A stretch of DNA of 62,736 nucleotides, the filler included, from an uncultured Thermoplasmatales archaeon (GTDB lineage Archaea; Thermoplasmatota; E2; DHVEG-1): assembly GCA_964517155.1 (NCBI GenBank). It is 3 parts of 3 records of this genome, joined end to end, with 100 filler letters (N's around TTAATTAATTAA, not from the genome) between each part and the next. Parts side by side here need not be neighbours in the genome. Positions count along the whole stretch, not along the records: positions 40,707 to 62,736 come from CAZFAZ010000028.1; 2 more parts are not named here. One strand, written 5' to 3'. The notes under the pieces are model-generated. The model did not search any database. It worked only from the letters and a program-made list of their open reading frames with translations, and was not told the origin of the DNA. How positions within the stretch are numbered: the first letter of the stretch is position 1; each line of letters begins with the position of its first letter. A program made the position numbers and the translations under genes. Shown in pieces: positions 49,546 to 59,440 of this stretch.

Positions 49546-51072
49546 ATGAAAGAATTGGAAAAAACCTCATCAGTATGCCCAGCATGCTATCAAGAAGGAA
49601 AAATTAAGAAAATAGATGCCAAAATTGTTGAGGAAGGCGGTAAAGTCTATATAACTAAAAAATGTGACAAACATGGGGCCTTTAAAGACATCTATTTTTC
49701 AGATGCAGATTTATACAAAAAATGGATTAAATACAAAGTTTTAGGCAGTCCTGCACCAGATGTAAAAACACATGTTTTTGATGAGCCAGCACTCTATGAT
49801 CAGCATATGTCTCAAAGTGTTCTAACAAATCTTTTAGTAACAAATCGCTGTAATCTAAGATGTAGCTATTGCTTTATGAATGCAGGTGCATCTGGATATA
49901 TTTATGAGCCATCTCTTGAAAAAATCCGTGAAATGATGATAATGGCTAGAAACGAGCGGCCTATGGGCTCAAAAGCAATCCAGATAACAGGCGGAGAACC
50001 AACAATTAGAGAAGATATCTTAGATATAGTAAAAATGTCAAAAGAACTAGGTTTCTCACATGTACAAGTAAACACAAACGGTATAAAGCTTGCTGAAAGC
50101 GTTGAATTTTGCAAGGCTTTAAAAGATGCACAGGTAAACACTGTCTATATGAGCTTTGATGGCGTGACAAAAGATACTAATCCTTGGATTGAAAAAAATA
50201 AAAAAGCAATTGAAAACCTTCGTAAAGTAAATCTCAAGTGTGTTCTAGTCCCTGTTTTAATAGGTGATAAAAACCTAAATCAAACAGGTAAAATCGTAAA
50301 ATTTGCACTAGATAATATGGATATAGTTCGTGGTGTAAATTTTCAACCTATCAGCTTTTGTGGTCGTATAACAAAAATAAAAGATGAAAAACGTGAAAAA
50401 CAACGTGTAGACTATGTAATGATGATGCAAGCAATTGAAAAAGAGTTTAACGGTAAAATCTCTAGTGATGATTTTTATCCTGTTCCATTTGTTTTCCCGG
50501 TATCTAAATTAATAGAGTTGCTTAAAGGTGAACCACAGGTTGAATTCACGGCTCATCCAGGCTGTGGGGGCGCGACATACATATTTGTTGATGATAAAGG
50601 TGAACCATTACCTGTTACTCGTTTCATAGATGTAGAAAAACTTCTTGAGTTTATTGATAAAGAAAGTCAAATAAAAGGTCCTCTTAAAAAAATTAGAGTG
50701 GCATCAGCTTTCTTAAAAAACGTAGATAGCTTTGTAGATTATGACAAAGCACCACATGGTTTTGATCTTAAAAAAATGCTAAAAGATGCAGCAATCGGCG
50801 GAAGTTATGATTCACTGCGCGGTTTTCATTACAAGTCATTATTTGTAGGCAGCATGTGGTTTCAGGATGCGTTCAACCTTAATGTCGATAGACTTCAGCA
50901 TTGCGTTATTCATTATGCTACAGAAGAAGGAATAGTTCCATTTTGTGCATATAACGGCATAGGCATCGGAGATAAAATACGTGAGAAGCATTCAATTCCA
51001 ATTAAAGAATGGGAAGAACAAACAGGTCGTAAAATGAAGGATGATCTCAGGAAGGATGTACCTTTAACATAG
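49546..51072 (+). CDS. tes: Tetraether lipid synthase (Tes / GDGT-MAS) family radical SAM protein
   Basis: SVCPAC..KKCDKHG, VTNRCNLRCSYCF, GGEPT, GVNFQPISF.GR, FYPVP, HPGCG, CVIHY, VPFC.YN. Confidence 0.85.
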   Translation: MKELEKTSSVCPACYQEGKIKKIDAKIVEEGGKVYITKKCDKHGAFKDIYFSDADLYKKWIKYKVLGSPAPDVKTHVFDEPALYDQHMSQSVLTNLLVTNRCNLRCSYCFMNAGASGYIYEPSLEKIREMMIMARNERPMGSKAIQITGGEPTIREDILDIVKMSKELGFSHVQVNTNGIKLAESVEFCKALKDAQVNTVYMSFDGVTKDTNPWIEKNKKAIENLRKVNLKCVLVPVLIGDKNLNQTGKIVKFALDNMDIVRGVNFQPISFCGRITKIKDEKREKQRVDYVMMMQAIEKEFNGKISSDDFYPVPFVFPVSKLIELLKGEPQVEFTAHPGCGGATYIFVDDKGEPLPVTRFIDVEKLLEFIDKESQIKGPLKKIRVASAFLKNVDSFVDYDKAPHGFDLKKMLKDAAIGGSYDSLRGFHYKSLFVGSMWFQDAFNLNVDRLQHCVIHYATEEGIVPFCAYNGIGIGDKIREKHSIPIKEWEEQTGRKMKDDLRKDVPLT

Positions 51073-51112
51073 GCTCTTTTGTAAAGACTTTTATGTATCA
51101 AGGAAGAAAAAT

Positions 51113-52279
51113 ATGAAAATAACAATGTTGGGAACATTACCTCCTATAATTGGCATTAGTCCATACTGTGTGCATCTTGCTAATTCCCTTTCAAAGTTAA
51201 CTGACTTAGATTTTTTAGATTTTAAATCATTTTCAAAAAAATCTACTAAATTCGATCGTGAAACCAAAATAGATGAAGAATTTTATATAGGTATTTTAAA
51301 TAAGTTTAACACAAGAAAAACATTGATATGGGGCAATCCTTTATCTGGTTTAAAAGCGGGCTTTAAATTAGATGGGGATATTTTACATATACAATGGTGG
51401 ATATGTACATTGATATTCATTTGCTTTCCACTTGTAGTAATGGCAAAATTGAAAAAAATAAAAATTGTTTTTAGTATACATAATGTACTACCTCATGAAA
51501 AAACAAAAAAAAACATATTTTTGGATTATTTTGCTAACCGGTGTATATTTCCTTTTGTTGATGCCTTTATTTTACACAATGCTAAAAATAAACAAAATTT
51601 CATTGATTTATATAGTATAGATAAATCAAAGATTGCTATCATTACCCATGGCACTTTTGATTTGATCAAAAAAAAAGATATTTCAAAGAACGATGCTAGA
51701 AAATATCTTAATTTATCATCTGAAAAAAAAATCATTTTATTCTTTGGATACATACGTCCTTATAAAGGCATTGACGTCTTGTTAAAATCTTTTTCTAAGA
51801 TTAAAACTAAAATAGAAAATTCTTTCTTATTAATTGTGGGTCAGGTCTGGAATGATACTTGGGAAAATTATGATGTTTTTATCAAAAAAGGTAATCTTGA
51901 TATAAAAGATATACGTGTTGAATTGGGATTTATACCTGAAAATGAAGTTCAATACTATTTCCAAGCATCTGATGTTGTTGTATTGCCTTACAAGCATCTA
52001 GACACTCATGGAGGTGTAGGTGCTTTAGCCTTGTCTTTTAAGAAACCGCTAATTGTAACTGATGTTGGCGGCTCTTCTGAATATATAATAGACAAAAGAA
52101 TGTTGGTAAGACCAGATGATGTAGATGACTTGTATCAAAAACTATACTTGGCTTTATCAGATGAACATATGCTTAATAAAATGAAAAATGACTCCGAAGA
52201 ACTTTCTAAAGAAATTACATGGGATAAAGTCGCAGAAAAAACATTAGATTTTTATAAGGATCTCCTAGTTTCTTCTTAA
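51113..52279 (+). CDS. GT4 family glycosyltransferase
   Basis: HNVLPHE, LFFGYIRPYKGIDVL, ASDVVVLPY, PLIVTDVGG. Confidence 0.92.
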   Translation: MKITMLGTLPPIIGISPYCVHLANSLSKLTDLDFLDFKSFSKKSTKFDRETKIDEEFYIGILNKFNTRKTLIWGNPLSGLKAGFKLDGDILHIQWWICTLIFICFPLVVMAKLKKIKIVFSIHNVLPHEKTKKNIFLDYFANRCIFPFVDAFILHNAKNKQNFIDLYSIDKSKIAIITHGTFDLIKKKDISKNDARKYLNLSSEKKIILFFGYIRPYKGIDVLLKSFSKIKTKIENSFLLIVGQVWNDTWENYDVFIKKGNLDIKDIRVELGFIPENEVQYYFQASDVVVLPYKHLDTHGGVGALALSFKKPLIVTDVGGSSEYIIDKRMLVRPDDVDDLYQKLYLALSDEHMLNKMKNDSEELSKEITWDKVAEKTLDFYKDLLVSS

Positions 52280-53239
52280 TCTCTCTAAATTTACTTTACT
52301 ATATGACAATATCTCTTTGAAGAAATATCTATCAATTTTATCTAGAGGGGATGCTCCTAAATAGCATGGCAGATTGCATCCTTGACAGAAATCATATTTT
52401 CCCACATGTCCATAGAGTTTTTTCCATTCTTCTGAGTGGTACAAAGAGTATAATTTCCCGTTGATTTTTACCTTCTTTTTTACTTTATGAAAACATGGTA
52501 CAAATAAACAATCGTCTGGGCTTATAGCAAACACTGACTTTCCTGCTTTGCAACGTGGCTTTTTTGTATTGTTTCCACCATGATAATAATAACTCAAATC
52601 AGATAAATCAACTCTAACATATGACTCCCAAAAATATTTTTTGATTTGTTTTAAAAATCTTTTGTTTAAATTTTTTCCGTCAAAATAATTAAATACCGGA
52701 TGAATAAAGACTACTAATTTGTTTTTTTTACAAAACTCTACAATATTTGGTATACTATCTATTGAATCATTTGTAACTGTTTTAATCAAGCAAATTTTTT
52801 GATTTAATTTTTTTGCAATTTTTATGCTTTCCATCAAATTATCAAAATTGTCAATTCCTCGAATTTCTTTATATTTTTGAGGATCAAGTGTATCAAAAGA
52901 AAAACTAAGTTGACTTACAGAATCCTTTATTTCTTCCGCATACTTTGGATAAATTGAACCGTTATTTGTAAGTTGGACAAAAAAACCTTTATTTTTTGCA
53001 TACTTGAGCATTTCTGGTAGATCTTTGTTAAGTAAAGGCTCTCCACCTGTAAAATCTACAAATTTTACACCTAATTTTTTTAAATCATCTAAATTGTTTT
53101 TAACGTCTTCTAGTCTTGCATCAGGAACGCTTTTTAATTTCGAATTTTTCCACACATTACAATATATACATTTGGAATTACATCTATGGGTAACCCAATA
53201 ATTGCATGCGTATGGTTTTTCATAAAACATGTTTATCAT
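52265..53239 (-). CDS. Radical SAM protein with Cys-rich (SPASM-like) C-terminus
   Basis: CNSKCIYC, FTGGEPLL, CKAG..PC..CQGCNLPC. Confidence 0.88.
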   Translation of the reverse strand: MINMFYEKPYACNYWVTHRCNSKCIYCNVWKNSKLKSVPDARLEDVKNNLDDLKKLGVKFVDFTGGEPLLNKDLPEMLKYAKNKGFFVQLTNNGSIYPKYAEEIKDSVSQLSFSFDTLDPQKYKEIRGIDNFDNLMESIKIAKKLNQKICLIKTVTNDSIDSIPNIVEFCKKNKLVVFIHPVFNYFDGKNLNKRFLKQIKKYFWESYVRVDLSDLSYYYHGGNNTKKPRCKAGKSVFAISPDDCLFVPCFHKVKKKVKINGKLYSLYHSEEWKKLYGHVGKYDFCQGCNLPCYLGASPLDKIDRYFFKEILSYSKVNLERLRRN

Positions 53240-53254
53240 ATTTTTAAAAAGTTG

Positions 53255-53710
53255 CTAACGTAATTTTAATTCCATCTTATATTGTTTTTTATCATCTGTT
53301 TCACCAATAATTTTGAAACCAATTTTTTCATAGACTTTCTGAGCATGTATGTTTTTTTTATAAGTCTTTAGAATAACTTTCTGATATCCTATGTTTCTTG
53401 CTTTTTCAATTGTCCATTTGGTGAGGTATGTACCATAACCTTTTCTGGTGAACTCTTTTTTTATAAAAATTCCAAAACTTGGAATTTCGTATCCAAACAA
53501 TCTTAGAAACGAATATCCAATTATTTTTTTATTCTTTATCATTACGTAATAATGATCATTTTCGGATTCACAAATATTTTTTATTGTGCCTTCATCAAAT
53601 TCATGTGGGTGGAAAAAATTTTTTATTTTTTTATCAGTATCATTCATCATATTAAAAAGTTCTACAGCATCATTTTTGTTTATCTTCCTTATTAAAAGAT
53701 TCTCCATCAT
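53255..53710 (-). CDS. GNAT N-acetyltransferase
   Basis: RKGYGT motif A, N.HAQKVYEKIGF. Confidence 0.9.
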   Translation of the reverse strand: MMENLLIRKINKNDAVELFNMMNDTDKKIKNFFHPHEFDEGTIKNICESENDHYYVMIKNKKIIGYSFLRLFGYEIPSFGIFIKKEFTRKGYGTYLTKWTIEKARNIGYQKVILKTYKKNIHAQKVYEKIGFKIIGETDDKKQYKMELKLR

Positions 53711-54639
53711 TTGAAAACCTTGCTATTGTAGTAGGACTCTTTAGGTTCAATGAAAGTATATGCTTTTATCATTTCTTGTATTCCATAATCAAGATTATAT
53801 TTTGTTTTAAAGCCGATTTTCCTAATTTTTTTAAATGATACTCTATAATTTCTTTGGTCAGGATCAAATCCAAAATCTGCAAATTTTAGATAATAATCAA
53901 TGTATCTCTTTATCCCGAGTGCAACGTCTACCTTTCTCAAACATAATTCTTCCGAACCTACGTTATAAATTTCATTTCTCATTTTTTCAAAATTATTTAT
54001 CCCAAAAACAAAACTTCTTGCCATGTCTTTTACATGAATAAAAGTTCGCCAGTAGTCTTTTTCATAAACAATAAGCTCTTTGTTTGTCATTGCTCTGTAA
54101 AGAAAATCGTTTACCAATAAATCCAGCCTGAGTCTTAGGGATAATCCAAAACCTGTTGAAAATCTATAAATTATGAATTTTGGATGCTTTTGTATTTCCC
54201 TTTCGGCTTTTTTCTTTGTAACTCCATACTCTGTCCTTGAGTTCAGAGGTGTTTCTTCATCGCATATATCATCAACATATCCATAATTGCTGCCCGTAGA
54301 AGAAAAAATAATCGGTACTTTACAATTTTTTACAAGATTTTTCGTTCCCAAGTAATTCACTTCATTTGCAATATCTGGGCATGATTTGCATGCAGGATAT
54401 CCTACAATAGCAGCTAAATGAATAACAAAATCAACATCTTTTAAAGATTTCTTTATGTCTTTGATGTTTCTTATATCGCCGTTAATAAATTCAAATTTCG
54501 AATTTCCAGCATAAGGGATAATTCCATGGTATCCATATGTCAAATTATCAAGTACTCTGACTTTGTAATTTTTCTTAATAAGCTCTGAAATCAAAATACT
54601 TCCAACATATCCTGCTCCGCCAGTTACAAGAATTCTTAT
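53707..54639 (-). CDS. NAD-dependent nucleotide-sugar epimerase/dehydratase, ATA start
   Basis: (I)RILVTGGAGYVG lies upstream of the ORF-track start; HLAAIVG, YGVTK catalytic motif. Confidence 0.9.
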   Translation of the reverse strand: MRILVTGGAGYVGSILISELIKKNYKVRVLDNLTYGYHGIIPYAGNSKFEFINGDIRNIKDIKKSLKDVDFVIHLAAIVGYPACKSCPDIANEVNYLGTKNLVKNCKVPIIFSSTGSNYGYVDDICDEETPLNSRTEYGVTKKKAEREIQKHPKFIIYRFSTGFGLSLRLRLDLLVNDFLYRAMTNKELIVYEKDYWRTFIHVKDMARSFVFGINNFEKMRNEIYNVGSEELCLRKVDVALGIKRYIDYYLKFADFGFDPDQRNYRVSFKKIRKIGFKTKYNLDYGIQEMIKAYTFIEPKESYYNSKVFK

Positions 54640-54644
54640 CTATA

Positions 54645-55712
54645 TCACCCGTTAAAACTGTTTATTTTTTTGATTACGTAATCTTGTTGTTCAACAATCA
54701 ATTCATGATGCATTGGTAGAGATATGATCTTATTAGATATCTCCTTTGCAACTGGAAAAACTTTATTTTTGTATTCTTTAAAAACTGGTTGTTCATTTAT
54801 CGGTATCGGATAAGTAATTCTCGTTTCAATTCCGTTTTCATTAAGATATTTATTTAATTTTTGTCTATTTTTTGATAATATTGGAAAAAAGAAATTACAG
54901 TTATAGGTATTTTCCAACTCTTTAGGATATTCTATGTTTTTTAAATTCTCTTTGTAATAAATTGCTTTTTCTTTCCTTTGTTTTAAAGTCTCATCAATTC
55001 TTTTAAGCTGCGAAATCCCAACCGTAGCGACTAAATCGATCATCCTATAGTTGTTTCCAAGGCAACTGTGATAATACTTTGATGTTTCTCCTTGGTTTCT
55101 TATCGATTGTGCTTTTAAAAATAAATCTTTTTTGTTAGTAAAAACCATTCCCCCCTCTATAGTCGTTAATATTTTAGCAGCATGAAAACTGGTTGTGTTT
55201 ATCAAACCATGAGTGCAACAGTTAACGTTATTATACTTTGATCCGAAAGATTGTGCACCATCTACAACTAATGGAATTTTATGTTTTCTAGATATTCTTA
55301 TCAGTTCATCATAGTTTGAGGGATTACCTCCGAGATCTATATTTATTATAGCTTTGGTATTTTCGTTTATTTTTTCCTCAATTAAACTGGTATCAATATT
55401 GAGAGTATAATCAATATCAACAAAAACAGGTTTTGCATTATTGTACAATACAGCATTTGCTGTTGATATATATGTGAAAGCCGGTATTATTACCTGGTTA
55501 TCCTTTTTTAATTTAATGCATTTTAAGGCTAAATCAAGAGCAGATGTGCCATTGTTTACTGCTATGGCATATTTGATTTTAAGATACGATGAAATATCTT
55601 CTTCGAAAGTCTTTACTTCTTTACCCATTGAAAACCAGCCAGATTTAATAACTTTCATTATTTGTTTCATCTCTGGCTTTTGAATATTGGGTGAAGACCA
55701 TTTAACATTCAT
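54645..55712 (-). CDS. DegT/DnrJ/EryC1/StrS sugar aminotransferase
   Basis: NNGTSAL, DGAQSFG, SFHAAKILTTIEGG, GNNYRM, ISLPMH. Confidence 0.93.
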   Translation of the reverse strand: MNVKWSSPNIQKPEMKQIMKVIKSGWFSMGKEVKTFEEDISSYLKIKYAIAVNNGTSALDLALKCIKLKKDNQVIIPAFTYISTANAVLYNNAKPVFVDIDYTLNIDTSLIEEKINENTKAIINIDLGGNPSNYDELIRISRKHKIPLVVDGAQSFGSKYNNVNCCTHGLINTTSFHAAKILTTIEGGMVFTNKKDLFLKAQSIRNQGETSKYYHSCLGNNYRMIDLVATVGISQLKRIDETLKQRKEKAIYYKENLKNIEYPKELENTYNCNFFFPILSKNRQKLNKYLNENGIETRITYPIPINEQPVFKEYKNKVFPVAKEISNKIISLPMHHELIVEQQDYVIKKINSFNG

Positions 55713-55913
55713 TTTTTTTCTCCAATTTTGATTTATTATAGACTTCAAATGTGTAATATTAAATATCTTACTTCATTAGATATAAATGTTTTCTATAAAA
55801 GGATAGATTAACAACGGTTATTTATTTTGTGAATATTTTAAAAATTTGTTAATTAACTCTGATTAAAAATTAGTCAAGATTTAATAACAAACAAGATATT
55901 TACAAGAAGAAGG

Positions 55914-56984
55914 ATGAATTTTAAAAACAATGTATGTGCAGGAACAGTTGAATTTTATTCTGAAAAAGATAGAAAAGAATATACCAATTTTTTACTAAGT
56001 CGGGATGAATCAAATATATATCATACAATAGAGTGGAAAGAAATATTGGAAGAATCATATAACATAAAACCAATATATTTAATCTCAAGAGATGCTAAAG
56101 GAAAAATTCGGGCGATTCTTCCTTTATTTTATATTAATAGCTTACTTGGGAAAAGACTTGAGTCATTACCTCTTTCCATATATGGGGGGGTGTTAGGGGA
56201 TCAAAATTATATATTTCCTTTACTGGAAACACTTTTTGAATTAAAAAAAGAAAAAAAATGTAGTTGCGTTGTTTTAAGACAATTACCCGGTTATAATCAA
56301 TTTTTTGATTCTAAAAACTTTAGAAAAATTGATAATAAATGGAATCAAATTATAAGACTTAAAAATCCCGATGTATTGTTTAAAGAGATTAAAAAATCTA
56401 ATCGTAATCGAATTAGAAAAGCAAGACAAAACAAAGTTGAGATTAAAAGAGTTCAAAGTGTAGAATTTGTAGATGATCTTTATACTCTTGAGGTTATGAT
56501 TTGGAGACAAATAGGCTTGCCTATTCCTGAATTAAATTTTTACAAAAAAATTTGGGATAAGCTTAACAGAAAAGGATTTGCAGAAATTTTTATTGCAAAA
56601 TACAATGATGAAGTTATTGCCTCAACTTTGATTTTTCCTTTTAATAAAAGAGTTGTTTGTAGGATAGCAAATTCTAATAAAAAATATAGAGATATAGTGC
56701 CAGGTGTAAACAATCTTTTGTTATGGGATGCAGTTGTTTGGAGTTATTATAAGGGATATGAATATTTCGATTTAGGTGCTACTGATAGAGAAAATCTAGG
56801 TTTGTTCTTTTTTAAATCAACGTTTACAACATATAATTATCCTTTTTCTTTGTATTATTATCCTAAAAACACAATCAGGGTTTCTGAAGAGGTCATTTTT
56901 AATTTAGGTAAAAAAGTATTACAAAAAACACCTATTAAGATTTATGAAAAAATGGGTCCTTACCTAGTTAAAAAGTTTTTTTAA
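55914..56984 (+). CDS. FemAB-like GNAT family protein
   Basis: YHTIEW, SLP.SIYGG, RNRIRKA, NNLLLW, FDLG..GL..FK. Confidence 0.8.
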   Translation: MNFKNNVCAGTVEFYSEKDRKEYTNFLLSRDESNIYHTIEWKEILEESYNIKPIYLISRDAKGKIRAILPLFYINSLLGKRLESLPLSIYGGVLGDQNYIFPLLETLFELKKEKKCSCVVLRQLPGYNQFFDSKNFRKIDNKWNQIIRLKNPDVLFKEIKKSNRNRIRKARQNKVEIKRVQSVEFVDDLYTLEVMIWRQIGLPIPELNFYKKIWDKLNRKGFAEIFIAKYNDEVIASTLIFPFNKRVVCRIANSNKKYRDIVPGVNNLLLWDAVVWSYYKGYEYFDLGATDRENLGLFFFKSTFTTYNYPFSLYYYPKNTIRVSEEVIFNLGKKVLQKTPIKIYEKMGPYLVKKFF

Positions 56985-57027
56985 CTATAAAATCTTACTT
57001 AAAGCATATTATTATTACTGCCCATAG

Positions 57028-58119
57028 GTGTTTCCAATAAATAAAATTACATCTGAAATTAAAAAAAATACAAAACTTTTTGATATTTTTACAAGAAGGG
57101 AGGAGTATCATACTAAAAAATTAGACGATGAAGGTAGATTTAGATATGAATATAGTTCATATGCAGACATATTGAAACCTGTTGTTTCAGAATATTTAGT
57201 TAATAATGGTTTTAAGTCAATATACCCTGAAGATAAAAAATTTGCAGTTGCTTTAACCCATGATGTAGACGATATTTATGTTAATACTAGAGATATATTC
57301 GGATCTTTTACTAATTGCATGATACATGGTAATCTAAAAGAAATACCTCATCTTATAAAAGGAAAAATAGATAAAAAAAAATCCCCGTATATAAATTTTC
57401 AACAAATAATTGATATCGAAGAGGAATACAAAGCAAGATCCACATTTTTCTTTCTTGTAAAACCTGATCCTGATTTTGGGAATAATTATTATTCAAAGGA
57501 TATAGAACCTGAAATTAAAAAAATTCTTGATAGAAATTGTGAGATAGGATATCATACAAGATATCATATTTTTGAAAACGTTGAAAAGATAAAAAATGAA
57601 AAAATAGAATTGGAGCGAGTAATAGGAAAAGAAGTAATTGGTGTTAGAAATCATCATCTAAGATTTAAAATTCCAAATAGCTGGCATGTTTTACAAAAAT
57701 CAGGTTTTGGATATGATTCCACTTTACATTATAATGATATGGTTGGCTTTAGAAATGGCATGTGCCATCCATTTTATCCTTATGATGTAGAGAAAAACAA
57801 AACTATTGATATATTGGAAATTCCTTTAACAATTAGCGATATAGCGTTAAGGAGTTTCATGAAAATAAACCCAAAAAAAGCTTGGGATTATATAAAAACT
57901 ATAATAGATATTACTGAAAAATTTGGTGGAGTAGTAACCATTTTATGGCATAGCTGGACTTTTTCTCTCCCCATATCTGCTGCAGGTTGGTTCTCAAAGG
58001 ATTGGACAAAATTATATTACAAAATACTTTCTTATTGTAGTGAAAAAGATGCCTGGTTAACAAACTGTCAGGATATATGCGATTATGAAAAAAAGGAAGG
58101 AATCTTAAGACGTGTATAA
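57028..58119 (+). CDS. Polysaccharide deacetylase family protein
   Basis: LTHDVD, STFFF, EIGYH, GVRNHHLRF, YDST, GFRNGMCHPF, ILWH. Confidence 0.88.
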   Translation: MFPINKITSEIKKNTKLFDIFTRREEYHTKKLDDEGRFRYEYSSYADILKPVVSEYLVNNGFKSIYPEDKKFAVALTHDVDDIYVNTRDIFGSFTNCMIHGNLKEIPHLIKGKIDKKKSPYINFQQIIDIEEEYKARSTFFFLVKPDPDFGNNYYSKDIEPEIKKILDRNCEIGYHTRYHIFENVEKIKNEKIELERVIGKEVIGVRNHHLRFKIPNSWHVLQKSGFGYDSTLHYNDMVGFRNGMCHPFYPYDVEKNKTIDILEIPLTISDIALRSFMKINPKKAWDYIKTIIDITEKFGGVVTILWHSWTFSLPISAAGWFSKDWTKLYYKILSYCSEKDAWLTNCQDICDYEKKEGILRRV

Positions 58120-58272
58120 ACAATAGTTTATTAAAATACTATTTTACAATAGCTCTATATTAATAATTATAACTCTAATCGTTTTATATTTAAACAATTT
58201 TTAACAAACAAAAATAAATCGATTTATTCTATTTGGAAAAATTTGATTATAAAAGTCACGATCATTGACTTT

Positions 58273-59328
58273 TTAAAAATCTTCCAATCTGTTATTTTTA
58301 ATTCTAATTAATTGTTTTTCTTTTAGTGCATTTTTAACAACTGAGTTATTTGTTTTTATACAAATAATTCCAAACATCTCATTACTAATATTTTCTTTCA
58401 TATTCCATTTTTTTTTGAATTTATACAAACCATCTGTTTTGAAAGGTCTGACTCCGCCAAAAATAAGTGTATCCATATTATTTTCTTTTGCCCATTTGAT
58501 AAAATAATAATAAAGGGCAGAACTTGCACCTTTCCTAAGATAATCGCCCTCTTTTTCAACACCGGTATATGAAAAATATGCTTTTTTTCTATTTTTTGTG
58601 ATTATACATCCAGAAATAATTTTATTTTTGTCTTTGATTACCAACAAGTACCCGTTTTCAAATAAATTTTTTATCTCATCATAATCTATTGATTCAGGAA
58701 TGATTACTTTTTCATGGCGATTTGACAAGTATGGAATATATATTTCTTTATAAAAATAATCAAATTTGTAAGAATCATTTGTAATCTCATATGTAAAATT
58801 ATTTTTTTTGATTTTTCTGACGTCATCCATGGCGCTTTTTTTTACATTTTTTATAATTTTATCAAATTCATTTCTAATATCTAGTCTCATTTCTATCCAT
58901 TCTGGACTTATTAAAAAACCGTTTTTTTCTAAATTATTTTTAAAAATTTTGTCTGTTTTTACAATAATGGCATCGTATTCTCCAGTTATTTTTTTGTTTA
59001 TACTGCAAATAAATGTTTTTTCACATTTTTTAACCGAAAAACTATTTCCAAAAAATATGTAAGAATAATAATTTACAAAATACTCATCTCCAAAAAACAA
59101 AAAATTTAATTTTGTTTTTTTATTTTGATCAATACCTTGAACTTTGAAAGAATCTAATTTTATATTTTTTACTCTAGAAAATAAATATACTTTTATCAAA
59201 AAAGCAAAACTACCAACTTTTCTTCTTAAAGATTGCGGAAGTTTATAGTGTATATTTCTATAATAAAATTCATTAAATCTCCTATCTATAAATGCAAGAT
59301 TACACTCTTTATCCTTTTTTAATTTCAT
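58273..59328 (-). CDS. GNAT-like (FemAB/BioF2-type) protein
   Basis: ALYYYFIKWAKE..FGG.RPF..DGL.KFKKKW. Confidence 0.65.
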   Translation of the reverse strand: MKLKKDKECNLAFIDRRFNEFYYRNIHYKLPQSLRRKVGSFAFLIKVYLFSRVKNIKLDSFKVQGIDQNKKTKLNFLFFGDEYFVNYYSYIFFGNSFSVKKCEKTFICSINKKITGEYDAIIVKTDKIFKNNLEKNGFLISPEWIEMRLDIRNEFDKIIKNVKKSAMDDVRKIKKNNFTYEITNDSYKFDYFYKEIYIPYLSNRHEKVIIPESIDYDEIKNLFENGYLLVIKDKNKIISGCIITKNRKKAYFSYTGVEKEGDYLRKGASSALYYYFIKWAKENNMDTLIFGGVRPFKTDGLYKFKKKWNMKENISNEMFGIICIKTNNSVVKNALKEKQLIRIKNNRLEDF

Positions 59329-59440
59329 ATATCATCCTATTTTTTATCATATGCTATATATGAATAATTGAATTTAATTTTTGTTTTTCTTTTTAAATTA
59401 GAATGTTTTTAAACATATCTTCTATTTAACTTTATTAAAT

